Shown here in pieces: positions 12,010-24,245 of a stretch of 64,000 nt of DNA. A program made the translations under genes and the position numbers. How positions within the stretch are numbered: position 1 is the stretch's first letter; every line of letters starts with the position of its first letter. This DNA is from Hyaloraphidium curvatum SAG 235-1 (taxonomy: Eukaryota > Fungi > Monoblepharomycota), in contig JAIVFI010000003.1 of assembly GCA_025558095.1 (NCBI GenBank), forward strand, positions 1,090,632 to 1,154,631. The letters run 5' to 3'. The notes beneath the pieces were generated by a model, which was not told the DNA's origin, made no database searches, and was given only the letters and a program-made list of their open reading frames with translations.

Positions 12010-13894
12010 ATGGACGGCAACCCCGGCCCGGGCGTGCCGGGGCGTACACCCTCCCCACTACCCATGCCACTCTCTCTCTCCGCCCCCACGCCTTTGCTGC
12101 CCGGCGGCCGGCTCTTCAATGAGCCCGGCCCGGCCGAGCAGCGGGTGCCCTCCCCGGAGCGGCGCCTGCTCCTGGAGAAGGACCGCGGCTCGCCTTCCCC
12201 CGAGCGGGTCCCCGTGCACCGCGACTCCGCGGCCTCGGATGGCTCGTTGCTGGACGACGCTGACGAGCTGATGGCCGAGGCCGCGGCGGCGGTGCAGCCG
12301 GCCAGCGCAGACCAGGTCGCCGCCTTCCTCGCCCGCGCGGAGGGCCTCGTAATCGGCATGGCCGGCCTGAAGCTGGAATCGGAACCTCCTTTGCCGTCGC
12401 CGCTGGACGGTGCCACGGCGGACTCGCTGCTCGTCCTGGACGTGCGCCCGCGGGACGCCTTTGCCCGCCAAAGGTTGGCCGGGAGCGTCTCGGTGGCCCT
12501 GCCGCCCCTGTTTTCGCGGCGCATCCGGCGCAATCCCCGCGCGACCAAGTTTGCACTCGACAGCTTCGTCTCGCCCGAGGACAGGGACGTGCTTGACGCC
12601 TGGCGCGAGCGAGTCCGGGAGGGCTGCCTTGGCCAGCCGACCGTGCTGCTCGTCGACGAGGACATGTCGTCGCCCAGCCTCGAATGCGACGGCTGGACGC
12701 TGGCGCTGCTCCTGCAGCGCAACATGCGCGGCTCGACGCCGCTGCCGAGGCTGCCTATCTCGAGGGTGTCGTCGCTGAGCCCCGAGAGGAGCTCTACGGG
12801 AGGCAGCGTCGACGGGCCTCCCCGGGTTGAAATCACCCGCGCAGACACCACCACTTCCCCTCTCCGCTTTGTCTTCCTGAATCCCGGCTTCGAGGCAATC
12901 CTCGCGCACCCTCTGGCCTCGGCCATCCTCTCGCCAACCGACGAAGACTACGTCGAGGAGGAACCCCCGACGCCCCTCTCCTCCACCACCCTCCCAGCCA
13001 CTCCGGGCCCCGCAGGCGATGGCCTGGAGCGCTCCAGCTCCTTCTCCGGCCGCCGCGGCGGCTCCTCGCTCACCATCAACACCGACGGCCCCCGCGCGCG
13101 GCGCTCCCGCTCCCTCCGCAGCCGCCCTCGCGACTCCCCCGCCACCCTCCGCGGCTCGGGCGAGCTCACCACCCTCGGCTCGCGGGACCTCACCCCCGCC
13201 GGCCACGCCTCCTCCTCCCGCGGGAACACGCCCCTCAAGCCCCCGCCGTCGGACTCGCTCCCCAACTCCCCCGGCTCCGCCGCCCGCTCCGCATCCGGCT
13301 CCCCCTCCCCCGGCTCCCCTCCCCCGCCCTACACCCGCATCCGCGAGCGGCTGTACCTCGGCACCGACGAGCCGTGCGCGCCCGCGGGCTGGGGCATGCT
13401 GGCCGAGATGCGCGCGACGCACGTGCTCAACGTCGCCGTGGAGGTGGACGACGTCTTGCCGCCCGGGACGGTGGGGAGGAAGGTGGGGGTGCCGGATTCG
13501 GCGGGGGTGGATTGCGGGAGGGAGCTGCGCGACGGGGTCGCGTGGATCGGTACGTTCGCCGGGGTGCTGCTTCCGGTACCTGTCTGACCCCACAATGGCA
13601 GAGCGAGTGCTCCGAGACCCGGACGCCGTGGTCTACCTGCACTGCGCCCGCGGCATCTCCCGCTCCGCGGCCTTCGCCATCGGCGCGCTGATGCTTCTCT
13701 CCCGCGTCCCGCTGTCGGAAGCCTACGCCGAGGTGCGCGCGCGCAGGAGGGTTATGCCCAATCTCGGCTTGGTGCTGGCGCTGGGCGAGTGGGAGCGCGA
13801 GCTGGGGCTCGGGGACGGGATCGGGGGGAAGGCGGGGCTGGGTGGGCTGCTGCGCGAGGGCGGCGAGCGGGGGCAGGGATGGACGGACGCGTGA
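12010..13894 (+). CDS. Dual-specificity (MAPK-type) protein phosphatase with N-terminal rhodanese-like domain
   Basis: LLVLDVRPRDAF rhodanese-like motif; YTRIRERLYLG, THVLNVA, catalytic VYLHCARGISRS, and AYAEVRARRRVMPNLG. Intron 13550-13601. Confidence 0.9.
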
Positions 13895-14069
13895 TGCTGT
13901 ACATTCGACGTGTGGCGCGGGGAAGTGAAGAGAAGTTGTGGAGAGTCGACGTTGGTTCGGGCCGATTGCGAAAAGCCTTCCAACCTTGTCCATTACCCCG
14001 TGCATCCCGTGCATCCTTGTAAGCTACACCCGCGTTCCACCATCCATGACGATCCATTTGTAGTATCCC

Positions 14070-16640
14070 TCAACTGCCTTCGCCCGCCAACCTGGGCCCG
14101 ATGATCGCCGCCAGCGTAACCGGAGGCCCAGGCGGAGGCACGGCGTCCAGCTCCGGGTCGTAGGGCGCCAGCATCGACCTTGCCCTGTACTCGTCCTTTG
14201 TCCACGTGTCGTGCACGGACACGCGGTCCGCGAACCGCACGCGGCGGGGCCCCTCGTGGCCCAGCGCCCCGGGGTTGGATCCCGCGGTGGTCGAACGCAC
14301 GAGCCTGGGCGCCGGCATGCCCAGCGCCTCGTCCTCGTCCTCGTCCGCCTCGTCGTCGCCCGACATGCCGCCGGCGCCCTCGGCGGCGCAGATCCAGCAC
14401 CGCCCCTCGCGCGGGCCCGCGAACCCGGCCGCCGTGTGCGGGCACCGCGCCGCGACCTCCCTCGCCAGCCGCAGGATGCCCATCTCGCGGCCCGTCAGCG
14501 CGCGCACCTCGCCGTCCAGCATGCCCTGCAGCAGCAGCCTGGCGCCTTGCTGCGCCGGCCGCCCCGCCGCGGCCAGCAGCTCCAGGCACGCCTCGACGTC
14601 GCGCACCACCGACCCGTGCAGGTCCGCGGCCCGCGCCTGCTGCGCGTGCGTCGACGCCGCCGCCAGCCGCGCGAACCGCCGCAGCGTGAGCAGGTGCAGC
14701 CACGCGGCCTGCGTGGCGGCGTAGCACGCGATCGGCGCGAAGATGTTGCCGCCGATGCCGGCGGCGCCGAACCGCGCGACGGATGCGCGGCTGGACCGGG
14801 AGATGATCATGGCGTTGCGCGTGGCGGCCGCGAAGGAGGGTGAGAGGAACCACAGCTCGAGCAGCGGGTCCTCGCCGTCGCGGTCCTCGGCGTGGTCGAG
14901 CTCCAAGATCGACGAGTCGGCCGAGCTCGCCGACAGGTCCGAGGCGTCGTCGGACCCGTCCGCACCGGATTCGCCCACGTTCTCGTCCGACGGCGCGCGC
15001 GTCGCGGGCACCGCCATCCCGGTCAGGCCCAGCGGGAAGGTGCGCACGCCCCCCGGCGTGGGATGCGCCACGGCCGCCGCTGTGCCCCGCCGGCCCCCGC
15101 CGCCGCCCTTCCTGGCCCGTCGGCGCCCCGAGGCGTCCAGCTCCTCGAACGGCTCGGGGCTCACGAGCACCATCAGCATCTGCCGCAGGTGCGCCAGGTA
15201 CCCGACGAGGAGGAACGCCCGGCGCTGGGGCATGTACGAGACCTCGGCCAGCAGCGCGTCAAAGTCGGCCTCGCCGTAGGCCGTGGCGATGCGGTCCGGC
15301 AGCGCGGCCAGGATCGCGTCCACGGCGTCCTGCAGAAACTGCCGGCGGCGGATGGCCTCGTGTATGACCTGGTTGCGCAGCAGCCGCTCGGCGTAGCGCG
15401 CCGCGGCGCCGCCCAACGGCCTGTCCTCGGGCGCGCGGCCGAGCAGCTCGCCGGCGATGAGCACGTCCAGCACGCTCAGGTTGGCCGCCTCGCGGAGCCA
15501 CGAATTGTACTCGGCGATCTTGGCCGCGGCGAAGCTGAGGATGGCGCCGAGGTAGATGATGCCCACGCGGTGCAGGTCCGTGACCACGGCGGCGAGCACC
15601 TCGCCGCGTGCCGCCACGGCATCGGGGGCGGCCATGGGGTCCAACCAGCCGAGATACTGCCTGCACTGGAAAGCGGGGTAGGCTAGTAACTCGGGCGGGA
15701 TGGGGCCATTGGGGGGCCGCTCCGAGGCCGCGGGCAGTGCGGCCAGGGCGTGGGCGGGGATGCGGATGACGACGGAGCCAAAGTCCTGCAGGACGTCCAC
15801 GGCCGGGGGCTGGCGCGTGGCGGCTGCGGTCCAGAACTCCTGGATGAGGGGGATGAAGAAGCTGGCCGCCCAGTGCTGGCCAAAGAGTAGGTCGTCCAGG
15901 CCCCAGGTGGCGCCCGGGGGCGGGCGCGTCGGGGGGATGCCGGCGCGCTTCCAGATGGCCACCAGCTGGCGGCTGAGCGATTTTGCGGTGGCCATGCGGG
16001 CCAGCTGCAGGTCGGCGATGGTGATGGCCAGCACGATCGAGTAGGACAGGGCGAGGAAGTCGAGCGAGTGCAGCGCGGCGGGGTCGGCGCCGGCGTCGAC
16101 CGCGTCGGCGGCGAGCCAGAAGCGGCCGACGAGCCCCCGCAGCTGCGTCTCGTACTCGACCTGCATGCTGTCGGCCAGCTCCCGCAGCGGGCGGCCGGCG
16201 GCGCAGAACGAGGCGTCCTCGGGGTCGGCGCCGCGGTCCAGCAGGATGCACGCGCCGCCCCAGAAGAACACCGACACCATGACGTCGGAGCCGTAGAAAG
16301 TCAGCCAGCGTGGGTCGCCGGGAAAATTGCCCCGGGCGTCCTCCATATAGTTGGTGGCCGTGGCGTTGGAGTCCGTCGAGCCGAGCGAGGACAGCGGCGT
16401 GGGGCCGCCCGGGGGCGGCCATCCCCCGGTGGCCGCCGCCCTCCTCGCTCTCAGCACGTCCAAGAAGGTGCCGCGCTGGAACGGCGACCAGCCGGTGGGG
16501 ATGGCGTCGTAGACGGCGCGCACGAGCGCGTCTTCGGCGGCGGGCGTCGGGCGGCAGCCGGGCTGTTCCGGGCCGGGCTCCCCCGCGCCGCCGCCCTTCC
16601 GGTCCGCGGTCGCCATGAGGCGGGCGGGCCGTGCGGGCAT
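14070..16640 (-). CDS. Large hypothetical protein resembling a fungal transcription-factor middle region, with C-terminal PP1-docking-like motif
   Basis: Long ORF with protein-like composition (ATG at 16640 or 16616). Segments resemble the Zn2Cys6 gene at 56208 (WFLSPSFAAA vs WPRSPSFPRA). Ends with RRVRFADRVSVHDTWTKDEYRARS. Confidence 0.7.
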   Translation of the reverse strand: MPARPARLMATADRKGGGAGEPGPEQPGCRPTPAAEDALVRAVYDAIPTGWSPFQRGTFLDVLRARRAAATGGWPPPGGPTPLSSLGSTDSNATATNYMEDARGNFPGDPRWLTFYGSDVMVSVFFWGGACILLDRGADPEDASFCAAGRPLRELADSMQVEYETQLRGLVGRFWLAADAVDAGADPAALHSLDFLALSYSIVLAITIADLQLARMATAKSLSRQLVAIWKRAGIPPTRPPPGATWGLDDLLFGQHWAASFFIPLIQEFWTAAATRQPPAVDVLQDFGSVVIRIPAHALAALPAASERPPNGPIPPELLAYPAFQCRQYLGWLDPMAAPDAVAARGEVLAAVVTDLHRVGIIYLGAILSFAAAKIAEYNSWLREAANLSVLDVLIAGELLGRAPEDRPLGGAAARYAERLLRNQVIHEAIRRRQFLQDAVDAILAALPDRIATAYGEADFDALLAEVSYMPQRRAFLLVGYLAHLRQMLMVLVSPEPFEELDASGRRRARKGGGGGRRGTAAAVAHPTPGGVRTFPLGLTGMAVPATRAPSDENVGESGADGSDDASDLSASSADSSILELDHAEDRDGEDPLLELWFLSPSFAAATRNAMIISRSSRASVARFGAAGIGGNIFAPIACYAATQAAWLHLLTLRRFARLAAASTHAQQARAADLHGSVVRDVEACLELLAAAGRPAQQGARLLLQGMLDGEVRALTGREMGILRLAREVAARCPHTAAGFAGPREGRCWICAAEGAGGMSGDDEADEDEDEALGMPAPRLVRSTTAGSNPGALGHEGPRRVRFADRVSVHDTWTKDEYRARSMLAPYDPELDAVPPPGPPVTLAAIIGPRLAGEGS

Positions 16641-17445
16641 GTGGGACGCTGCGGAAATTTGCTTGCAAGCTGGCCGGCGGGGGGGCGGACCTGACGTGTC
16701 TTTGATTCTGGAACCCCGCCGCCGACCCGCCGCCGCCCCAAACAGCGGGATGCAACGCGCATCCTGGTCACGGGAAACCACGCCGGCCTCAGCCGATAGC
16801 ATTTTGGTGTCAAGGAGCTTCCTATGCTGAATTCTGGTGGTCCGCCGTGCATCTTCCGCGACCCCATTGGCCACCCACCGGCTTTGGCTCAACGACTTGG
16901 GACGCCTCGAAATCCGCCGTAGGGTTTCGCCAGAGCTCCGGGTTCTGGAGCGAAAACCCGAACAGCCGCTCCTCCCCACCGGCGCATCCCTCGGGACGCG
17001 GCGGCCCGACCTGCCGCCTCGAAAACGGCCGCGCGGAACAAGGCGGCCGGGCCGGTTTCGGCGTCATGGCTGGGCGTCAGCGGGATGCCCCGGAACCGAT
17101 TTCCCCCTCGGACCCCCGACCGCCGCTCCGCCGGCGGCATGTGACGCCGCCAAGGGCCCGCTCTCCTTCCCCGGACGGCAATCGGACGGGCCGGCGCGGG
17201 GACGGGCGGTGTGTCCGCGGGAATCGGGAGCGGCCGGGTCCGCGGCCTGGGCGGGCGGGGTTGCGACGGCCGCCGTGCGGCACTGCGGCATTTCGGAATC
17301 CGGGCAGGCCCGGGCCCCGCACTTGAGGCAAGGATGGCATCGCCGCGGCACGATGTCCCTTATTCTAGCTCGCGGCGCAACCGCGCGCCCCATCCGCCTC
17401 CCCGACAAATCAAGCACGCGACGCCGGCGCCACCCATCCTCCACG

Positions 17446-19357
17446 CTAGACCTTGACCACCTCGCACTCGAGCCCCTCCCGCAGGCCCAGCGTCAGCCCG
17501 AGGATGTACCTGCCCTCCTTGGTCTCGGGCAGCGAGTACTTTCCCGGGCGGTCCTCGTGCACCACGCGCAGGGAGAAGCGCCGCAGGACGGCGGCGAGGA
17601 AGACGACGGCCTCCTGGGTGGCCACTGCGGGCGGCGGGGAGCGGGTCAGGCGAACGAGGGGAGCGCGGCGGGCGGGGGAGCGCACTGTTCATGCCCAGGC
17701 AGATCCGCGGCCCCGCGTTGAAGACCGGCCACTTGAACTGGTTCTCCTTGACCAGCTGTCCCTTGTCGTCGAACCACCTCTCGGGCCTGAACACCTTGGC
17801 GTCGGGGCCCCAGATCCGCTCCAGGTACCCCATCGCGAACGACGAGACCTGCATGAAGTCGCCCTTGTACACCCGCGTGCCGGTGCCGGGGAGCACGCAG
17901 TCCTCGGTGACCACGCGGTTCTGCACGGGGACGTTGGCGTGCAGGCGGAGGGTCTCTGCATGGCGACACCGGGCAAGGTCAGCACGTTCCCGCGAACCCA
18001 CAGCCGCAGATAGAGACGAACCGTTGAACACCGCGGTGGCGTACTTCATGTCGCGCGTGTGCTCGTACGTGATCTCGCCGTCGCGCCCGCACACGGCCAG
18101 GATCTCCTCGCGGAGCTTGCGCTCCACCTCGGGGTTGCGCGAGAGCTCCCAGAAGGTCCAGGTGAGGGTCTGCGCGGTGGTGTCGCGGCCGGCGAGGACT
18201 TGGGAGGAAGAAAGTCAGGGTCGGCTCGGTGGAAGGGGTGGGGGGCGCGGCGGCGGTCCGGCATCGGCAACCCACCCATGTTGACGACGACGTCGCGCAG
18301 GAAGTCGTCCGAGAACTCGTTTCCGTTGTCGTCACGAAGGTTCATGAAGAGGTCCACCTTCGTTTGTTCCGTTAGAGCCTCGGGCACGAACGGCAGCGGC
18401 TTCGACCCACCATGTCGCTCTCCTTCCCGCTCTTGTTCCCCTCCTTGCGCTTCTTGGCGATCACCTCCCTCGCGAACCTGTCCAGCCCCCCCACGGCGGC
18501 CTTGTACCTTTCCCTCGTCCCGTCGCGCGCCTCGGTCGTCTGCCAGAACGGGTTCTGCCCGCGCGAGGCAGTTATGTGCGTCGCCTCGTCCAGCGCGTCC
18601 GCGAACGGGACCGAGGGCAGGTGGTACCGCCTGTACTTGTTACCGCGGGCGTCGACGGCTTCCTCGACCGTGTGGGGCACCTCGAGCGCGCCGATGTCCT
18701 TGCCCAGGGCGACCTGCGCGAACGTGTCGGCGGTCGAGAGGAGCAGGATCTCCTGCATGTCCACGACCAGGCCCAGATCGGCGGCGCGCGCGAGGTGCGT
18801 GACGATGTGGTCCGCGTCGCGGGTGAAGACGGGGGAAAAGACCTCGCGGAAGTTGCGGGCGTTGAAGATGTTGCTGGCCGTCTTCCTCTGCCCCTTCCAC
18901 TGGTCGCCGTCCGAGGCGAAGATGCCGTGGCCGAGGAACTCGCGCGTGGTGGCCTGCACGCCAGGGCCCTTGATGAAGCGCCACGGGTCGCGGTACACGA
19001 ACTCTGAACGGGGGGATGTCGATCAGAGTTCCTCGTGGTTGCGGCCTCCACAGGCAACCCACCGACGTCCTGCACGTTGGTCAAAAAGTAAATCTCCATG
19101 ACCCCGTTGATGGGCGAGTAGAAGGTCGACCTGACGACCTCCCCGAACCGCTCTGCGACCTCCACGGCGCGCTCCAGCCTGCGGCCGACGAACCTGCGCA
19201 GCGCCAGCTGGTGCCCGATCAGCGGCCACGCGCCGTCGGCCACGGGCACGTCCCTGCGCACGCGCGAGCCGAGCACGGTGTTGGGGTACAGGTAGAGCAG
19301 CACGGCCAGCGCGGCCAGGGGGACGAGGAGCCAGGGGGAGAGCAGCAGGCCCAGCAT
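17446..19357 (-). CDS. Cytochrome P450 (CYP52/CYP86-like, possible fatty-acid omega-hydroxylase), multi-exon
   Basis: N-terminal TM anchor, LGHGIFASDGDQWK, I-helix AGRDTT, ETLR, FRPERW and heme motif FNAGPRICLG. Confidence 0.95.
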
Positions 19358-20082
19358 GGCTGCGGGGGGCGGACTCGCTGAATTGACGATCGGAGTTGCT
19401 TCGGCGAGCTCCGTAGGCTGACCGAGGGCGGTTTAAGGGCGGAAACGGCGATCGGAGGTGAGGCCGCGGTCGGCGGATCCGGTTGCCCCGCGGTGCCCAC
19501 CTCGCGTTTGCGCGGCCGCCGCGGGCGGAACAAGCGCGCGGTGCTGAGAGGTCTGCGGCGCGACGGCCGCCGGGGAGGTCGCGGGGGAAGCGCGGCCGTC
19601 GGGGAGCGGGGCGCGGGAGCGGAGGGCGGGAGAAGGCCGACGCACTCACTCGCCCTCGGCAGCTGCCGAGCGCAAGGGCCCTCGGCACTGCACTGCGTCC
19701 CGCGGCCCGCACGGGGGAAAAAACAGGTCGGCGGATGAACCGAGTTGCGGAAGAAGTGCCGCGAATATGGCCGTTTGTTCCGGTAGCTGCCGCCGAGTCT
19801 GTTGGATGGGACGCAGCTAGCGGGCAGGGATTGGGGGACCCCGCCCGCCTCACTCCCATCCCCAGGGACCTCCGACGCGGGGACTCGAACGAACCCGACG
19901 TCCCTGACCAATGTATCATTCCCAGGGCACTGCCAGTACATCTGGCGGCGCTTGGCGGCAACTCCCGCGTACCAGAGACGACCGACCAGTCCCGCCACTT
20001 AGCGACGCTCCGCTCCCCGATGTCCACCTCATCCATGGCACACCTCCGGGCATCAGACTCCATGAATAGCCCCCCCAGTCCA

Positions 20083-21036
20083 TCACGCCCTCCCGAACAA
20101 GCTCCCGATGAAGCTCGACCGCCGCGGCCGCGCCTGGCGCGGTGCTTCGGCCCCTCCCTCGACGGCCAAGGGCACCAGGAGCTGGCCGGGTGGCGTGGGT
20201 TGGCCCGCCGGCGTTGCCGGGCTCGCCGTGCGCGCGGTTGCCGGGCTCGCCGTTGCCCCGCTCCCGTCCCGCGACCCGTCCAAGGCCATCTCCCAGTCCC
20301 CGCCCACGGCCAACTTGTCGGCCGCCTCGCCGGCCCCGGCCAGCACCTCCGCCGCGTGTTCGTACCCCACGACCCTGCACCGCTCCTCCTCCCGCCTCAG
20401 GCTCTCCCGCGTGCTCGTCCGGCACACCACCGTCTCGGCCGGGCAGCGGTGGAGCAGGTAGCCGCTGCACGACCCCAGGAAGGCGCCGCCCACGGAGCCC
20501 GTGAGCCCCCGCGTGCCCAGCACGAGCAGGTCCGGCCGCAGCGCCCGCGCGATCTCGTCGATCGCCGACCGCGGCTCGTCCGCCCACGCGAGCTTGATGG
20601 TCATCCGCGCCCGCTGCCGCTTGCCGTCCCTCAGCGAGGTCAGCAGCCTCTTGAGGCCCGCCACGAACCGCTTCTCCACGGCCCGCTGCAGGTCCCGCAG
20701 CGTCTTGCCCGCGGCGATGTCGTCCAGCGACAGCAGCGGCTCGCGCAGCACGCAGAGGCACGTCAGGTGGTCGGGCCGCGCGCCGGGCGGCGGCGGGCGC
20801 ACGATGTGCTCAAACACAAACTCGAGCGCGTCGATCGACGCCGGCGACGAGTCGATCCCCACGAGGATGTGCCGCTCGGGGCCGTCGCCGCCGGGGCGCT
20901 CGTCGTCGTCGTGGGAGCGCGACCGCGGGAGGGGGGACGGCGGGCGGGGGGAGGGCGTGCGCGGCGGCGGCGGCGTGCGGCGCGGCACGGGGAGGGAGGC
21001 CGGCGAGGGCTCGACGACGAGCTTTTTGAAGTACAT
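20083..21036 (-). CDS. Universal stress protein (USP) domain protein
   Basis: HILVGIDSSPASIDALEF and DLLVLGTRGLTGSVGGAFLGSCSGYLLHRCP. A small upstream exon near 21139 is possible. Confidence 0.85.
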   Translation of the reverse strand: MYFKKLVVEPSPASLPVPRRTPPPPRTPSPRPPSPLPRSRSHDDDERPGGDGPERHILVGIDSSPASIDALEFVFEHIVRPPPPGARPDHLTCLCVLREPLLSLDDIAAGKTLRDLQRAVEKRFVAGLKRLLTSLRDGKRQRARMTIKLAWADEPRSAIDEIARALRPDLLVLGTRGLTGSVGGAFLGSCSGYLLHRCPAETVVCRTSTRESLRREEERCRVVGYEHAAEVLAGAGEAADKLAVGGDWEMALDGSRDGSGATASPATARTASPATPAGQPTPPGQLLVPLAVEGGAEAPRQARPRRSSFIGSLFGRA

Positions 21037-21409
21037 CCCGAGGCAGCAGAGGCCGGAAACGAGGTCGTTTTGCCGACAACTCCGCGAAGGATCTCAGAAC
21101 CGGGCCGGCCGGCCGCGCGGTACGTCTTGAGATGGACATCAACGAAGCTGTCCTTTCGCAGCCCGGCCTAGCCCCGCCCGTGTGCCGACCGCCTGAGCAT
21201 CGCCAGCATCTCCCGCGCGCCCGCGCGCCCGCGCCCTCCGGCACGGGGTGCCGCCGTGGATGACATCACGCCCGACCGCTCGACACTCCAAGAGCAGGAC
21301 GCGGCGGAGACCCCGTCTTTGCCTTCCGGTCTCTGACGAAGCTCGATGAAACACGACGTGCTTCTCGCATCGAGCACAAAAAGAGAGGCGAAAGCAAAGC
21401 CCGCTTGCG

Positions 21410-22767
21410 TCACAGGACGGCCGACGCCTCCCCGCCCCACAGCCGCTTGCTGGCCACCTTTGCCCCCTCCGCCAGCGCCTTCAGCTTGGCCCACACGATC
21501 CCCTCCACCACCGGCCCGAAGCCCGCGGACGTCTCGAACCCGCAGTCGGTCCCAGCCATCACCTTGTCCCTCCCGACCTTGCTCGCCGCGCGCTCCAGCG
21601 AATCCGCCACCACCTCGGGGTGCTCCACGTAGCTCGTCGTGGTGTCGATGGCGCCGACCACGATCGTGCCCTTGTACGAGCCGGGGAGGACGCGCCACTC
21701 GTGCGAGTGCCGAGGGTTGGCGAGCGAGAGCAGGATGGCGCCGGCGGTGCACTTGGCAATCGTGGGCCAGATGTCGGCGAGGGCGACGTCGAGGTCGTGC
21801 GGGCCGTTCTACAACGGGAACGAGCGCGTGAGCTTCGCGGGGGCCGGACAGACGAAGGACCACCCACGTAGTTCCCGTAGCAGACGTGCAGCCGCACGCG
21901 GTCCTTGGGCAGCGGCTCGATGGCGGCGTTGATGGCGTCCACGACGGTCGCGGCAAAGGCGACGAACTCCTCCAGCGGCTTGTCGCGGAAGAGGGTGTGG
22001 CGCTCCATGGCCAGGTCGGGCGCATCGATCTGCAGGACGAGGCCGGCGTCGGTGATGGCCTTGTACCTGTGGGCGCCTGCCGTCAGCCATGCTTATCCGG
22101 CAGACCCGAACCAGTTTCATGGCAGACACCCACTCGACCGCCAGCGCCTTCCCCAGCGCCTGAATGTAGCTCTTCATGTCGGGGTAGAACTTGTTCTCCA
22201 TCCCAGCCGCCACGATCCCCGGAGACGCGGAGCTCATGAACGCGTCCTGGAACACCTTTTCCCCGCGCTCCCTGCGCCGCGCCAGGACATCCTGCAGCCG
22301 GGCGATCTCGGCGTCCACCGCCGCGGTGCTCGGGTACGTGACCTCGCCGGTGCAGGCGGGCGGGGCGACGAGGCTGACGGCGTCGCTGGCAAAGTGCGTC
22401 TGCAGGAGCTTCTCCATGAATCCTTCGTACCTGAAATGTCGCGAATGAGATTCAAGTGACGAGGTGGAAATGGAGGCGCGACTAACTCGAACATGTCCGC
22501 GAACCCGCGCGGGGAGCCCTGACCGCCGAAGCCCGTCATGCGCAGCCTGACGTAGGTGAAGAAGCTCTCCCTGCCCATCTCGCCGTCGTTCCCGATGTCG
22601 ATGCCCGCCGCGACCTGCTTCGCGACGACGGCCTCGACCGCCGCGTCGATATCGCGCGCCATCTCGCCGGCGTCCACGGGCTCCCCGCGCGACAGCCTGG
22701 CGTGCAGCGAGACGAGCGACTTGGGCTTGGGCAGGCTGCCCGAGTGCGTGGTGACGATGCGCGACAT
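21410..22767 (-). CDS. Cobalamin-independent methionine synthase II family protein (MetE C-terminal-like, bacterial type), spliced
   Basis: MSRIVTTHSGSLPKP, GIDIGNDGEMGRESF, LQIDAPDLAM, LHVCYGNY, NPRHSHEW, GAIDTTT and AGTDCGF. Confidence 0.88.
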
Positions 22768-22992
22768 GGCGGGCGGCGTCGGTGGGAGACGGCGGTGGTT
22801 TCGGGTTTGGGAGACGGGACGGCGAAACCGAAAGTGGCGAAGGCGGGATGGATCACTCAACGACGATGCGATGCGATTCGGAGGATCGTCCGTTCGTCGG
22901 TCTCTATCTGATTCACTCTAAGTCAAACCACCGCTCAGGATGCCAGCGATAGCGCGGTATTCCGTGGAGTCGCCGCGGGATCCCGCATCGAG

Positions 22993-24225
22993 CTATCTCC
23001 GGCGCTGGCGGGGTCTCGAGCCTGGCAAGGATAGCTTAACGGTTGCCAGCATCGCTCGCGCATCGGCGCCGTCCGGCACGCGGTGCCCGTTCCGAACAAG
23101 GTAGCCCCTCCCCTTCTCCGTGATGATCTGCCCTCGCTCGCCTCGCAATCTTGTGGCAAGGTCGAAAATGACCAGCATGAGACCGGCCTCCGGGATGGGT
23201 GGACGCAGCCCCACGAAAGGGAACTCCTCGCGCAAAGCAGCTGGCAGGGCCTCCGCCTTGACAGGTACCTGATCCAGCACAGCGCACGAGAGCCCGAAAG
23301 CAGCGTCCCGAGAATCGAGGTCCCCATCGGAACCCCAACCCCACTGCCTTGAAAAAGCCGAGATAACCGCGCTCCAAGTCGACGACTGCCCCAGGAGGTC
23401 CTGCGGAATGTCCTTCAGAAACTCCAGTAGCTGGCTGGCGTTCCCGAAATCGGCGTAGGCCTTCACCATGAGGGTCACTGCGATGTCGTCCGGCGGTACG
23501 GACATCGCTTTCCAGACCCGAACCAGGCCCGCAAAGTCCCCATGTTGACGGAAGTGACGGAGCGCAGTCGTCCAATGAGCAACGTCCACTACGACACCTG
23601 AAGATGCAAGCACCGCCATTGTCTCCTCCAACTTTTCCACGGTTGTCTGCGTTGACAAAATCTCCCCCAGGAGCAGCAATGTGGTCACCCTATCGGGCTT
23701 AAAACCGGCGGCGTCCATCTCCTGCAACGTCTCCTTAACACGATCAAGCCTTCCCGCCATTCCGTGGAACCCAATCATGCTGGTGAACAAAAATTTGTCC
23801 GGTTTCACACACCATAGTCGCATCTTCTCCAGAACAGCGTCTCCTGCCTCCGGGTCCTGGCTGCGGCACGCATCCGCAAGGAGCGGGGTAAAACTCTGTG
23901 CAACGGGCTCCAGAGCAAATGGTTCCGAAGTGAAGAGCTCTAGCGAGGCGCGGGCGCATCGGCGGTGCTTCCAGGCAGCGAACGCTTCGATGGCCGCCGC
24001 GACTACATGGCTGTCGAGCACGTCCTGCCGACCGCGACAAAAGCCCGCGGCGGTGTACGATAGAAGTTGCACGATCTTCCGTGCCGGCGACAGCGAACCG
24101 ACCGGCATCCCCGGCCGGCACAGGTCCAGAATGCTCGGCGCCACCCCGTCCATGACTGCGTGGCGGAGAGCCGACGTCGGGTTTGGCGCCGCTTCCAGAG
24201 AATCCAGATCACGGGGATCAAGAGC
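22993..24225 (-). pseudogene. PPR family copy B (3' half only, divergent)
   Basis: Homology to the other copies starts abruptly at LDPRDLDSLE and covers all PPR motifs and the C-terminus. Exon 1 and the start of exon 2 are missing. Confidence 0.85.
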
Positions 24226-24245
24226 AATGGAAGCTGACCGTGCAG

